A stretch of 64,000 nucleotides of DNA, from the NCBI GenBank assembly GCA_965247095.1, contig OZ251997.1, forward strand, positions 3,200,001 to 3,264,000, in the 5' to 3' direction. A program made the position numbers and the translations under genes. Each line of letters starts with the position of its first letter. The first letter of the stretch is position 1. The notes under the pieces are model-generated. The model made no database searches and was not told the DNA's origin. It worked only from the letters and a program-made list of their open reading frames with translations. Shown one piece after another: positions 1 to 9,307 of this stretch. The DNA is from Candidatus Multivorans sp. GTDB lineage: Bacteria; Acidobacteriota; Thermoanaerobaculia; Multivoradales; Multivoraceae.

Positions 1-942
1 TTCCTCCAGGCGCGACCGTCGTGCCAGGGCACTCTCCAGCTCCGTCGCCAGTGTCTCGAGTTCCGCTTCGAGGGTCGCCAGGCTCCTCTCGGGCGCGACC
101 AGGGGAACCACCCGGAAGAGGGGAGAGTCCCGCGCCACGCGGCGGCCGACGAACGGCCAGGAGGGAGATCCCTCTGGTGGCTGCACGACGCCGTCAACCT
201 GTGCGGTCACCGTGCTCTCGCCACCCGCCGGTGGACGGAAGGTCGCCAGACCGGCCACGCTCTCGGCCAACCGACCTTCCTCGACCCAGGCGGTCGCGAA
301 GGAACTCTGCCACTGCTGCTCCTTGAGGAAGGAGATGGGCTCGCCCCCGTCGGACCCGGCCGGGGGCGAGGATGCGTCCAGGAGCCCGCCCGGCTCTTCA
401 GCCGGTCCGATGTGGACCCGGCCACCGCGGATCTCCTCCGTGCCTTCCGCATCGTGGATGCGGAAGAGAAGATCGGCCTCGCCGGCCTGCCGCGGCGTCA
501 CCTCGATGTCGAAGATCCCGGGCCGGAGCACCTGGTCCGCGCCGAAGACCTGCTCGCCGGAAGCGTCCACGAGCACGATCTCCACCCGGCCGTCCACCAC
601 CGGCGTGAAGTCGGCCAGACGGGTGACATGGGTGTGGGCCTCGGCTGTCTGGCCCGCCACCAGAGCGTCGACCTCGGGGAAGACCTCGAAGCGTTCGCCC
701 CAGGCCGTGACGGCCCAGGTTTCGTGCGAGTGGTCCGGCGGCTCGGCGGGCGGAGCGGCACCGCAGGCGAGCAGGACGAGCGCGGGGAGCGCGCCGACCC
801 AACTCCGCCGCGAGCGGGCGCAGCACGGGTCAGGCACACGGCGCTCCGATCCTGGGAACGCGGGCATCCTGCCCGCATCCGGAGCAGTTCGGCTCCGGGC
901 CTGCTCGCACATCTTCGTCATCGGCGTTCCACTCCACGTCAT
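1..942 (-). CDS. Efflux RND transporter periplasmic adaptor subunit (CzcB/CusB-like lipoprotein), 3' partial
   Basis: Hand-translated: MTWSGTP...LVLLAC-GAAPP...HTHVTRLADF...ISFLKEQQW, then coiled coil LATLEAELE. ATG overlaps the tolC stop (ATGA); alternative GTG start at 837. Confidence 0.8.
   Translation of the reverse strand, partial: MTWSGTPMTKMCEQARSRTAPDAGRMPAFPGSERRVPDPCCARSRRSWVGALPALVLLACGAAPPAEPPDHSHETWAVTAWGERFEVFPEVDALVAGQTAEAHTHVTRLADFTPVVDGRVEIVLVDASGEQVFGADQVLRPGIFDIEVTPRQAGEADLLFRIHDAEGTEEIRGGRVHIGPAEEPGGLLDASSPPAGSDGGEPISFLKEQQWQSSFATAWVEEGRLAESVAGLATFRPPAGGESTVTAQVDGVVQPPEGSPSWPFVGRRVARDSPLFRVVPLVAPERSLATLEAELETLATELESALARRSRLEE
851..879 (-). repeat. REP-like hairpin, simple form (GATGCGGGC-AGGAT-GCCCGC-GTTCCCAGG)
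   Basis: Perfect GCGGGC/GCCCGC stem; matches the flanks of the composite repeats at 2725, 10913, 12209, 13519, 13620. Confidence 0.85.
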
Positions 943-2174
943 GGCCGCGGCCCTCCTCCCGTCAGAGCAGCCGTGAGCAGCGCGGCCCCATCTCCGCCAG
1001 TCCCCGAGAGTCGTTCGAGTTCGCGGTGAACGGCGAGCGCCGCCTCGTGCAGATCGAGCATCGCCAGTTCCGCTTCGGTCACGGAACGGTGGATTTCGAG
1101 CAGATCGGTCAGGCTGGTCTCGCCTTGGCGAAAGGCCGCCTCGGCGCCGTCCAGCATCCGCTCGGTGGCGCCCAACTCCTGCCGGGCTTCCGCGAGAGCC
1201 GCGGAAAGGCGAGCGAAGTTGTTGCTCGCGGCGCCGCGGGCGACGGTCACCTCCCGCTCGATGAGTTCGAGCCGCGCCCGCGCGGCCTCCAGGCCGGCAC
1301 TCGCGGTCGTGCGGGACGCCTGCCGGCGATCGAAGAACGGCAGGGACCAGGCGAATCCGAAGATGGGCCCGTCGACGGCGCCCGGCGTGAGATCCTGCCG
1401 CCGCCAGCCGAACGTGACCTCGGGAGAGGCGATGGTACGGCGCGTCGCTTCCCGAGCGAGTTCCGCGGCGGCAAGGTCCGCTTCGGCGGCGCGCACCCCG
1501 GTGCCCACCCCATCGAGCGACGGGGCGTCAGGCGGGTCCGGCAGAACCGGGTACGCGTCCACTGGCAGATCGGGGCGCCAAGCGGCTGCCTCGGCTCGCG
1601 CCCCTTCGCTCGCCACTTCCGCCAGAACAACGCGGGACCTGAGCGTGGCCGCAGCCAGCCGGAGGCGATTCGCTTCCAGTCCCGAAGCTTCTCCCCGTTC
1701 GGCACGCGCGGCCTCTCGCCGCGCCAGCGACTCGACCCGCTCCGCCCGAGCCGCCAGTCGCTCGCGGCGGGCGTTGGCCACCGCCCAGCCGGCGTACGCC
1801 TCTCTCATCGCCAGCCGGTAGGTCCGGAACTCGTGCGCCAAACGCGTCCGAACGGCCTGCGCCTCCGATTCGCGAGCCTCGATCTCCGGCCCCCGCTCAG
1901 CCCCCGGGATCTGCCAGGAAACCAGGATGTCGGTCTGCCCGATCGGCCCCGCCGGGTCCTCCCGCACGCCTTCCAGGACAGGGTTCTCGAACGTCCTGGC
2001 CGCGGTCACACGGGCCTCCGCGCGCGCCAGGGCCTGGGCGCTTTCGCGCACGGCCGGGTGCTTCTCGTCGAGTGCCGAGAGGTACTGGGCCTCGGTGAGA
2101 ATCCGCGGCTCCTGGGCCCCGCCGGCAGCGGCGATGAGCCACGCCAAGAGACTGATCAGACGGAAACGATGCAT
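939..2174 (-). CDS. TolC-family outer-membrane efflux protein (CzcC-like)
   Basis: Signal peptide, Ala/Arg-rich helices, SLPFFDRRQ and FRQGETSLTDLL motifs; directly upstream of the adaptor gene. Confidence 0.85.
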   Translation of the reverse strand: MHRFRLISLLAWLIAAAGGAQEPRILTEAQYLSALDEKHPAVRESAQALARAEARVTAARTFENPVLEGVREDPAGPIGQTDILVSWQIPGAERGPEIEARESEAQAVRTRLAHEFRTYRLAMREAYAGWAVANARRERLAARAERVESLARREAARAERGEASGLEANRLRLAAATLRSRVVLAEVASEGARAEAAAWRPDLPVDAYPVLPDPPDAPSLDGVGTGVRAAEADLAAAELAREATRRTIASPEVTFGWRRQDLTPGAVDGPIFGFAWSLPFFDRRQASRTTASAGLEAARARLELIEREVTVARGAASNNFARLSAALAEARQELGATERMLDGAEAAFRQGETSLTDLLEIHRSVTEAELAMLDLHEAALAVHRELERLSGTGGDGAALLTAALTGGGPRP

Positions 2175-2234
2175 GCTGACTCCTTTCCACGTCGAGGTTT
2201 CGGGCTCGAGATGAGCCCGGCCACGAGCCGTAGA

Positions 2235-2648
2235 TCAGAGCAGCAGGGAGCAGTGGCTCACGAAGAGCGGGGCCGGCGGTCCGCGTCGGGACGAGCCGTC
2301 GAAGCGAGATCCTTCGGCGAGGGTCACGGACTGAGAAGGCGATGTCGGAAGCACCGCGAGCGCCCACAGGCCGGGCCGGCGTAGGCTGGCCTGGGCAGCG
2401 AGCGTGGCGTCGTGGCCATGGTCAGGCACGGCCTCGTGCTCGTGGTGATGCCCGTGCGTTGCCGACCCCGCCAGATCCGCAAGGTCGTGCTCGTGCCCGG
2501 CGCCGTGGGAACCGTGATGCTCGACCGCCAGGTGCAATCCCACGCCCAGTGCAAAGGCGCCCGGCGCCAGCCATCCCAACAGCATGGCAACGGTAACCAG
2601 GCGCTTCAACCGGGCACTCACAACGAGGCACTGTGACAGAAGCGCCAC
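2235..2648 (-). CDS. His-rich small protein upstream of the metal efflux genes
   Basis: Hydrophobic N-terminus, HHGSHGAGHEH...HGHHHEH tract, C-terminal RRGPP...HCSLLL; start uncertain. Confidence 0.6.
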   Translation of the reverse strand: MALLSQCLVVSARLKRLVTVAMLLGWLAPGAFALGVGLHLAVEHHGSHGAGHEHDLADLAGSATHGHHHEHEAVPDHGHDATLAAQASLRRPGLWALAVLPTSPSQSVTLAEGSRFDGSSRRGPPAPLFVSHCSLLL

Positions 2649-5074
2649 GTACGGTCAACGAAACCGGCGGTCGAAACGGCGATACGCTTTGCACCTTGCA
2701 CGTACTGAAACCGCTGCCTCCGAACCTGGGAACCCGTGTGGCGCGACCTCGCGCCGCACGCAAACCACTCCGTGCGCCCGTCATCGGGCGCACGGATGGC
2801 ACGCGGGCATCCTGCCCGCATCCGGCCCGACGGGCCGGGTTGGTTAGCGCTGGCCCATCACACGCGCTGACGCCGCTGCTTCCGTTCTGCGCCGCTCTGG
2901 CCTTCTCGACCCTCGCGGCCTGCGGCGGCGAGTACCCGCCGCCGCCGGAGACGGCGCAGGTTCCCTTCGCTGAAACGATCCACGGCGTCGAGTTCGAGGA
3001 TCCATACCGCTGGCTCGACGAGCAGGACAGCCCGGCGACGCGCACCTTCATCGACCGGCAGAACGAGTACGCGGAGCAGATCCTGGGCGAGCCGGCGGAG
3101 CGCGACTGGGCGCGGCGACGGCTACGGGAGCTGATGGACATGCCGGCCATCGGCTCGCCGAACAAGGCCGGCGACTTCGAGGTCTTCACCCTCCGCCGGC
3201 CCGGCGAGGAGCTGGCCTCCATCGTGCGCCGCGAAGCCCCGGGTGATGCGGCCGACGGCGGGCCCACGAGAATCGACCCGGCGGGCGAGTACGAGGTGCT
3301 GGTCGACCCGGCCGACCTGAGCGCCGACTACACGGACATCCTCGACATCGTGTCGGTTTCGCCGGACGGGCGGCTCATGCTCTACAACGTCCGCATCGGC
3401 GGCGAGGACGAGACCACGGTCCGCCTGCGCGACCTGGAGCAGAACGTCGACCTCGACTTCGAGCTGCCGCGGGCGCTCAACGACCAGGCGTTCTTCGCCA
3501 AGGACGGCAGCGGCATCTACTACACGATCCGCGACCGCTACGAGGGATCGCGCGTGCGTTTCCACACGTTCGGCACCGACCGGGCGGACGATGCTCTCGT
3601 GTTCGGCGAGGGGATCGGGCCGCGGAGCTTCGTCCGCGCCGAGCAGCTCGACGACGCGTTGCTGCTGGTCGGGGTTCAACACGGATGGACCCGGAGCGAG
3701 CTCCATCTCGTGACGGTCGGCACCTGGGAGACGACGCCGCTCGTCACCGACCTGGATGCCCGCTTCAACACCCACAGGGCCGACGGCAGACTGTTCGTGC
3801 GCACCAACCTGGATGCGCCGCTCAACCGACTGATGGAGGTCGACCTGGAGCGGCCCGAGATCGCCAACCCGGGTGGCGCGTTGTCGCGCCACACGCGAAC
3901 CAGTCCGAGCGCCCGTCATCGGGCGCTCGGATGGCATTGGCGCGAGGTCGTGCCCGAAGCTGATGACGTGCTGCAGGGCGTCGCGGTCATCGACGACAAG
4001 CTCTACCTGACCTACCTGCACGACGTGGCGAGCCGCATCCGGGTCTTCGAGTTCGACGGCACGCCGGCCGGCGAGGTCGAGGTGCCCGAGCACCACAACG
4101 CCAGCATTCGGGCCGCTGGGAAGGGCAAGGCTCTCCTGTCCCTGGTCTCCTACCTGCAGCCGTCCGTGACCTGGCTGCTCGACCTCGAAACGGGCACGCG
4201 TGAGGTCTTCCGCGAGCCCCAGGCCCCGTTCACCGCCGACGGCTATGTGCTGAAGCAGGTGCGCTACACCTCGAAGGACGGCGCCTCCGCGCCGATGTAC
4301 CTGGTCCATCGGGAGGACTTCGAACCCGATGGAAGCACTCCCGCCCTGCTCAACGGCTACGGCGGCTTCAACGTCTCCCTGACGCCACGCTTCAATCCGC
4401 TGGCGGCTCTCTGGATCGAGGCGGGCGGCGTCTACGCGGTCGCCACGCTCCGCGGCGGAAGCGAGTACGGCGAGGAGTGGCACCAGGGCGGGATGCTCCA
4501 CAACAAGCAGAACGTCTTCGACGACTTCATCTCCGCGGCCGAATGGCTGGTCGAGTCGGGCTACACCGATCCGCAGCGCCTGGCGATCCACGGCGCCAGC
4601 AACGGCGGACTGCTCGTGGGCGCCTCCCTGACCCAGCGCCCCGACCTCTACCGCGCGGTGCTCTGCGGCTTCCCCGAACTCGACCTGATCCGCTTCTACA
4701 CCTACACCGAGGCGAACAACATGCCCGCCCTGCTCGAGTACGGCGACGGGGAGATCCCCGACCAGTTCGAGTCTCTACGCGGCTTCTCGCCCTACCAGGC
4801 GGTCAGGGACGGCGTCGCCTACCCGGCCGTCATGCTGACCCAGGGCGACCGGGACACGCGTGTGCCGCCGCTTCAGGCGCGCAAGATGGCGGCTCGCCTG
4901 CAGGCGTCGACCTCGTCGGGGCTGCCGGTGATCCTGCGCTACCACCCGTACGCCGGCCACGCGGCGAGTCGTGGATTGCCGCTGTCGCAGAGGATCGAGG
5001 CCGTCGCGGCGGAGGCGACGTTCCTGATGAGCCAGACGGGGCTCGGGGCGCCGGGCACGGGGTCAGCAGGATGA
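2633..5074 (+). CDS. Prolyl oligopeptidase (S9A), probable lipoprotein, with a 23-aa in-frame repeat insertion
   Basis: DPYRWL, GYGGF, RGGSEYG, GASNGG nucleophile, DTRV Asp and AGH His; lipobox LAAC. True start may be nearer 2840. Confidence 0.9.
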   Translation: MTEAPRTVNETGGRNGDTLCTLHVLKPLPPNLGTRVARPRAARKPLRAPVIGRTDGTRASCPHPARRAGLVSAGPSHALTPLLPFCAALAFSTLAACGGEYPPPPETAQVPFAETIHGVEFEDPYRWLDEQDSPATRTFIDRQNEYAEQILGEPAERDWARRRLRELMDMPAIGSPNKAGDFEVFTLRRPGEELASIVRREAPGDAADGGPTRIDPAGEYEVLVDPADLSADYTDILDIVSVSPDGRLMLYNVRIGGEDETTVRLRDLEQNVDLDFELPRALNDQAFFAKDGSGIYYTIRDRYEGSRVRFHTFGTDRADDALVFGEGIGPRSFVRAEQLDDALLLVGVQHGWTRSELHLVTVGTWETTPLVTDLDARFNTHRADGRLFVRTNLDAPLNRLMEVDLERPEIANPGGALSRHTRTSPSARHRALGWHWREVVPEADDVLQGVAVIDDKLYLTYLHDVASRIRVFEFDGTPAGEVEVPEHHNASIRAAGKGKALLSLVSYLQPSVTWLLDLETGTREVFREPQAPFTADGYVLKQVRYTSKDGASAPMYLVHREDFEPDGSTPALLNGYGGFNVSLTPRFNPLAALWIEAGGVYAVATLRGGSEYGEEWHQGGMLHNKQNVFDDFISAAEWLVESGYTDPQRLAIHGASNGGLLVGASLTQRPDLYRAVLCGFPELDLIRFYTYTEANNMPALLEYGDGEIPDQFESLRGFSPYQAVRDGVAYPAVMLTQGDRDTRVPPLQARKMAARLQASTSSGLPVILRYHPYAGHAASRGLPLSQRIEAVAAEATFLMSQTGLGAPGTGSAG
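2725..2822 (-). repeat. Composite palindromic repeat (REP + 69-bp module at 2733-2801)
   Basis: Removing 2733-2801 regenerates the simple REP at 851-879 exactly. Confidence 0.85.
3868..3936 (-). repeat. 69-bp two-hairpin module inserted in-frame in the peptidase CDS
   Basis: Same sequence family as 2733-2801; removal gives GCC AAT TGG CGC (A-N-W-R). Confidence 0.85.
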
Positions 5075-5195
5075 GGCTAAAGAAGTGAGGACCCCGAGGC
5101 GAGACGTCCAAGGTGGTGTAGGGTGCTTGCCATCAGGAACAACCTCTCCAGCTCCCAGGTTGTAGCGGGTAGACGACGACAGAGGAGGACTCGCC

Positions 5196-5390
5196 ATGGC
5201 ACTGTGGAAGAAGAAGACCCCGCCGGTCACTGTTATCGGAGACGGCACGCGGCGAGTCGACTTGGAACAGTTGATGGCCGATGAGAAGGTCCAGAAGACT
5301 CTGGAGGATCTTGCCGTCCGGTTCAAGGACATTCCCGGTCCACCACCGCCCGACCCACCATCGTCCTCGGGTGCAAAGAGCCTGAAGTAG
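5196..5390 (+). CDS. Small hypothetical protein (64 aa)
   Basis: Strong RBS GAGGAGG before ATG; stop 3 nt before the next ORF. Confidence 0.65.
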   Translation: MALWKKKTPPVTVIGDGTRRVDLEQLMADEKVQKTLEDLAVRFKDIPGPPPPDPPSSSGAKSLK

Positions 5391-5393
5391 CAC

Positions 5394-6071
5394 TTGGCCT
5401 CACTCAATCTGCTCGTGCCTGCACTCGCGGGCTACCTGCTCCTGCGTGGAAGCAACTTCAGCAGGTTCGGACTGCTTCGGGAGTCCGGCTATCACGTCGT
5501 CTTCCGTGCCGCTCTATGGGGCATTCTCCTCTACGTTGGGGGCTGGTTCATTTCGTCTTGGACGTCCCTGCTCGACTACTCCACAACCCAGGATCTGGGC
5601 ATCAACGAGGCCAGTCTGTGGAGTTTGGCTCTCGGCGGCTTCTTGGGTTGGGCGCCGAACATCTTCTACAACGCTCTCCGAGGAGCACGTCGTGCCGCCG
5701 AACGCAAGGGGGACGTGATCGACGTGCTCGTAGACGAGGCATGCAAGGCCCGCAAGATCGTAGAGGTGTCGCTCCAGGGCGGCAAGACCTACATCGGCTA
5801 CTTCTATGAGAGCACCATCAGGAAGTACGGGGCAACTACAGGCGAACTGGTCCTCATCCCGCTGTTCAGCGGTTACAGGAACCCCGACGATCAGACTCTT
5901 CACCTGACCACCAACTACGTTGGATTCCTCCTCGGCAGCGCCTCCTACGGCCCATGGGACGACGACTTCAAGGTCGTGGTGCCCAGATCGACCGTGCGTT
6001 GGGTGCGCCCGTTCCACATGAACCTGTTTCCGCGTTCGACGGGGGAAGACCTCGACCTGCAAGGTTCGTGA
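5394..6071 (+). CDS. Hypothetical membrane protein (about 3 TM + soluble C-terminal beta domain)
   Basis: Hydrophobic N-half; VEVSLQGGKTYIGY...LIPLFSGYR...VVVPRSTV in the C-half; visibly lower GC than flanks. Confidence 0.75.
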   Translation: MASLNLLVPALAGYLLLRGSNFSRFGLLRESGYHVVFRAALWGILLYVGGWFISSWTSLLDYSTTQDLGINEASLWSLALGGFLGWAPNIFYNALRGARRAAERKGDVIDVLVDEACKARKIVEVSLQGGKTYIGYFYESTIRKYGATTGELVLIPLFSGYRNPDDQTLHLTTNYVGFLLGSASYGPWDDDFKVVVPRSTVRWVRPFHMNLFPRSTGEDLDLQGS

Positions 6072-6180
6072 TCAGTAGAGGCTCCACCAGAGAACCTACC
6101 GCCAAGCAAGCGACCGCCGACCAGAAACGAATCGGCGCCGAGCCGTTGCCGGATGAACCGCGGCCCGTATCCTACGCCGC

Positions 6181-9093
6181 ATGGATGAACGCCTCACGGA
6201 TCTCCCGACCCAGTCCACCCTCGACCTGAACCTCCCGCTCGCCGCCGGCGAGTGGCTGCGCCGCATCCGCGAGACCAGCCGCACCGAGGTCGAGAAGGGC
6301 CAGGTGGTTCGAGAACCTGTTCGCACGTCTCGCCCGGAACGAGCCCGAGTTCGAGCTCGAGGGCATCTGGCGGTGGGCGAATTGGCCGGAGCGCGACCGC
6401 CTGACCGGCCTGAGCGGCCAGGACATCGGCGTCGACCTGGTGGCGAAGCACCGGGACGGAACCTGGATCGCCATCCAATGCAAGTGCTACGCGCCGAGCC
6501 ACCGCGTCACCAAGGCCGACTGTCCGGCACACGAAGGTCGTCTTCTGCACCTACCAGTCGCTCATGCGGGTCTCGGAAGCCCAGGGGGATCACGGCGCCG
6601 CGCCCTTCGCCCTGACCATCGCCGACGAAGCGCACCGAACCACCGGCGTGCTGAAGGAAGACGCGAAAAAGGTCGACTTCCAACTCGTCCACGACGATGA
6701 ACGCCTGCACACGCGCAAGCGGCTCTACATGACGGCGACGCCGCGCATCTACACCGAGAAGTCGAAGAGCAGGTTGGCGAAAAGAGAGGTCGAGGTCGTC
6801 GACATGAGCGACGAGGCGGTGTACGGGCCGCAGTTCCATCGCCTTCGGTTCAAGACGGCCGTGGATGACGGCAAGCTCTCGGACTACCGGGTCATCGTGC
6901 TCGGCGTGGACCAGTCCCGGGTCACGCCGGGGCTACGCACCCGCCTGGAAGGCCTCGCCGAAGGAGACCGCGACAAACCGCCCACGCTGAACGACATCAA
7001 CCGCGTGCTCGGCGTGTCTCTGGCGATCAACGGGTTGAGCGAAGGCAAGGGAATCGAACGGCCGGGCCGGCTTGCGCGCACGATGGCCTACGCGAACAGC
7101 ATCAAGCGCTCCAAGTGGTTCACCGAAGCGCTGATGGACTCCCAGGTGAAGCGGGCTACGACGAGGCGGCTTCGCGGCGAGGAGCGAGCCTGGTCCGTGG
7201 AGGCGCAGCATCTCGACGCCTCGGCCAGCGCCTTGCGGCGCAATCAGGCGCTGCGGGAACTCAGCGACGCAGGCGGTGACGGGACACTGCGCATTGTCTG
7301 AAACGTGAAGCTGTTCACCGAGGGCGTGGACGTTCCCAGTCTCAACGCAGTGGCCTTCCTCGACCCCCGGGACAGCCAAGTGGATGTCGTGCAGGCCGTC
7401 GGCCGCGTAATGCGGAGGTCCGAAGACAAGAGGTTCGGCTACATCGTCGTGCCCGTGGTCGTCCGGCCCGGCATGGACGTCGCCGACGCCTTGCAGAACA
7501 GCCCCGAGGGCTACCACACCCTGGGCAAGGTGCTGCGGGCTCTGCAGGCGCACGACGAACGGCTGCACGAGGACATCGCGCGCTTCGTACAGGTGCATGA
7601 ACCAAAGCCGCGGGATCCGAACGCTCCAGGCGAACCCGCGGAGGATCCGCACGGGCTGTTCGACGGTGTGGATCTCAAACCGGCCGACGAGGGAATCTTC
7701 GCGCACGTCGCCGCCGCGTCGGGCCTGGACCAGCCCGGCAAGCTGGTGGCCGACGAGATCGCCTGGGCGGTGCAGAGAGCGGCGGAGATCTTCCAGCGCG
7801 AGGAAGTGGAAGAACCCCTCGCCGCCGCGCTGGACCTGCCCTCGGACAGCGAACAAGACAAGAAGGCCGTCCGCACGGTGGCCGCTCTGCTCTTGTGCAA
7901 CGGCTGCCTGATGCACCGCCGACTGCGCGATCTCCCAGAGATGAAGATGCTGCCAGGCCTCGGCCGGGTCGGCGCCACGGACGATCCGTCGAGCGTGCTC
8001 GGGGCGTCCTGGAGCACGATTCTCGATCTCGACTATGCGCCCGTGTTCGAGCCCGCGCTTGCGGCACTCCAGGCCCTTCCCAACACCAAGGGCGTCCAAG
8101 CTGCCCTTCGCGGCCTGTCGGAATGCGCGGACAACCTCGCGGACAGCCTGAACGATCGGCTACGACCACGCAGGGCCGCTCTACCACCGGATCCTGGGTT
8201 CGGCGAAGACCGACGGCGCCTTCTACACGAACAACATCTCGGCGCTCATGCTCGCGCGCCTTGCACTCGACGAGGCCTTTGTCGACTGGTCCGATCCGCG
8301 GGCCGTGGAACGGCTGCGCATCATCGATCCGGCCTGCGGTACCGGCACGCTCCTCATGGCGGCGTTGCGCACGATCAAGGCGAGGATGCGCGAGAACGAC
8401 GCCTTGGGCGAAGGGAACGACGAGCGGCTCCACCGGACCCTGGTGGAGGATGTGCTGTGCGGACTCGACATCAACCGCCATGGCGTCCAGCTCGCCGCCT
8501 GCAACCTCACTCTGGGCGCGCCGTCGGTGGACTACCGGCGGATGAACCTGCACACGATGCGGCACGGGCCCCAGGACGACGGGACGGTGCGGGCCGGATC
8601 GCTGGAGATCCTGCGGCAGCGCGAGGACGGCCCGCAGCCCACGCTCTTCTCGATGGCGTCGAAGCTCCAGGGAACGGACACCCTCGGCGGCGAGTGGGAA
8701 GGGCAGAGCCACGGCAGGGATTTTCCGCTCAAGGACGTCGACCTCGTGATCATGAATCCGCCGTCCACCGCGAACGACAAGCGCGGGCGGAAGTTCGCGG
8801 GCGAGGTGAAGAAGCTGATGCAGGAGCGCGAACTGGACATTCGCAACGGGCTCCTCCGCCGAGACGGGGAAGCAGGCGCCGTCCTGAACACGAACAGCAT
8901 CAGGACCTTTTTTACCCCGTTGGTAGACCAGATTCTCAAGCAGGAAGACGCAGCACTGGCGGAGGTCCTTCCCGCAGCGGCTTGCGTCGGCGCCTCCGGG
9001 GACAAGGAGCGGAGGCTCCTGGCAGAGCGCTTCCACATCGAACGCGTCGTCACTTCACACGATCCGAAGCGATCGAACTTCTCCGAGAACACG
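6181..9093 (+). pseudogene. Decayed single-polypeptide restriction-modification gene (Mrr-like nuclease + SF2 helicase + N6-adenine MTase; Type ISP-like)
   Basis: DIGVDLVA...AIQCKCY, TYQS, DEAHRT, MTATPR, EGVDVP, QAVGRVMR, DPACGTG. Lesions: frameshift ~6300, deletion ~6520, TGA 7299, frameshift ~8157, NPPS in place of NPPF/Y, truncation ~9090. Confidence 0.88.
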
Positions 9094-9307
9094 ACCGCCC
9101 CGCCGCCGGCCTCCGCCATCGTCGGGATCAGTCTTCGTCCCGATCGACGACCACGACCTTGGCTCCGCCCCGAGCAAGGAGGATCGCGGCGGCACGACCG
9201 TTCCCGATGCCGTCTCCTCGCGCTCCCGCGCCGGTCACTACGGCTGTCCGACCGCTGAAGTCGAAGCGATCCGCCGCTGACGGGGAGCCCTCTCCGCTAG
9301 CGCTCAT
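9090..9307 (-). pseudogene. Short-chain dehydrogenase (SDR) remnant
   Basis: FSGRTAVVTGAG...GIGNGRAAAILLARGGAKVVVVD Rossmann start, then stop, then a mid-protein piece MAEAGGGAVV abutting the R-M truncation. Confidence 0.75.

Noticed and set aside
7299-7301. In-frame TGA as selenocysteine or readthrough
   Set aside because: The gene has several other lesions, so a nonsense mutation is the simpler explanation.
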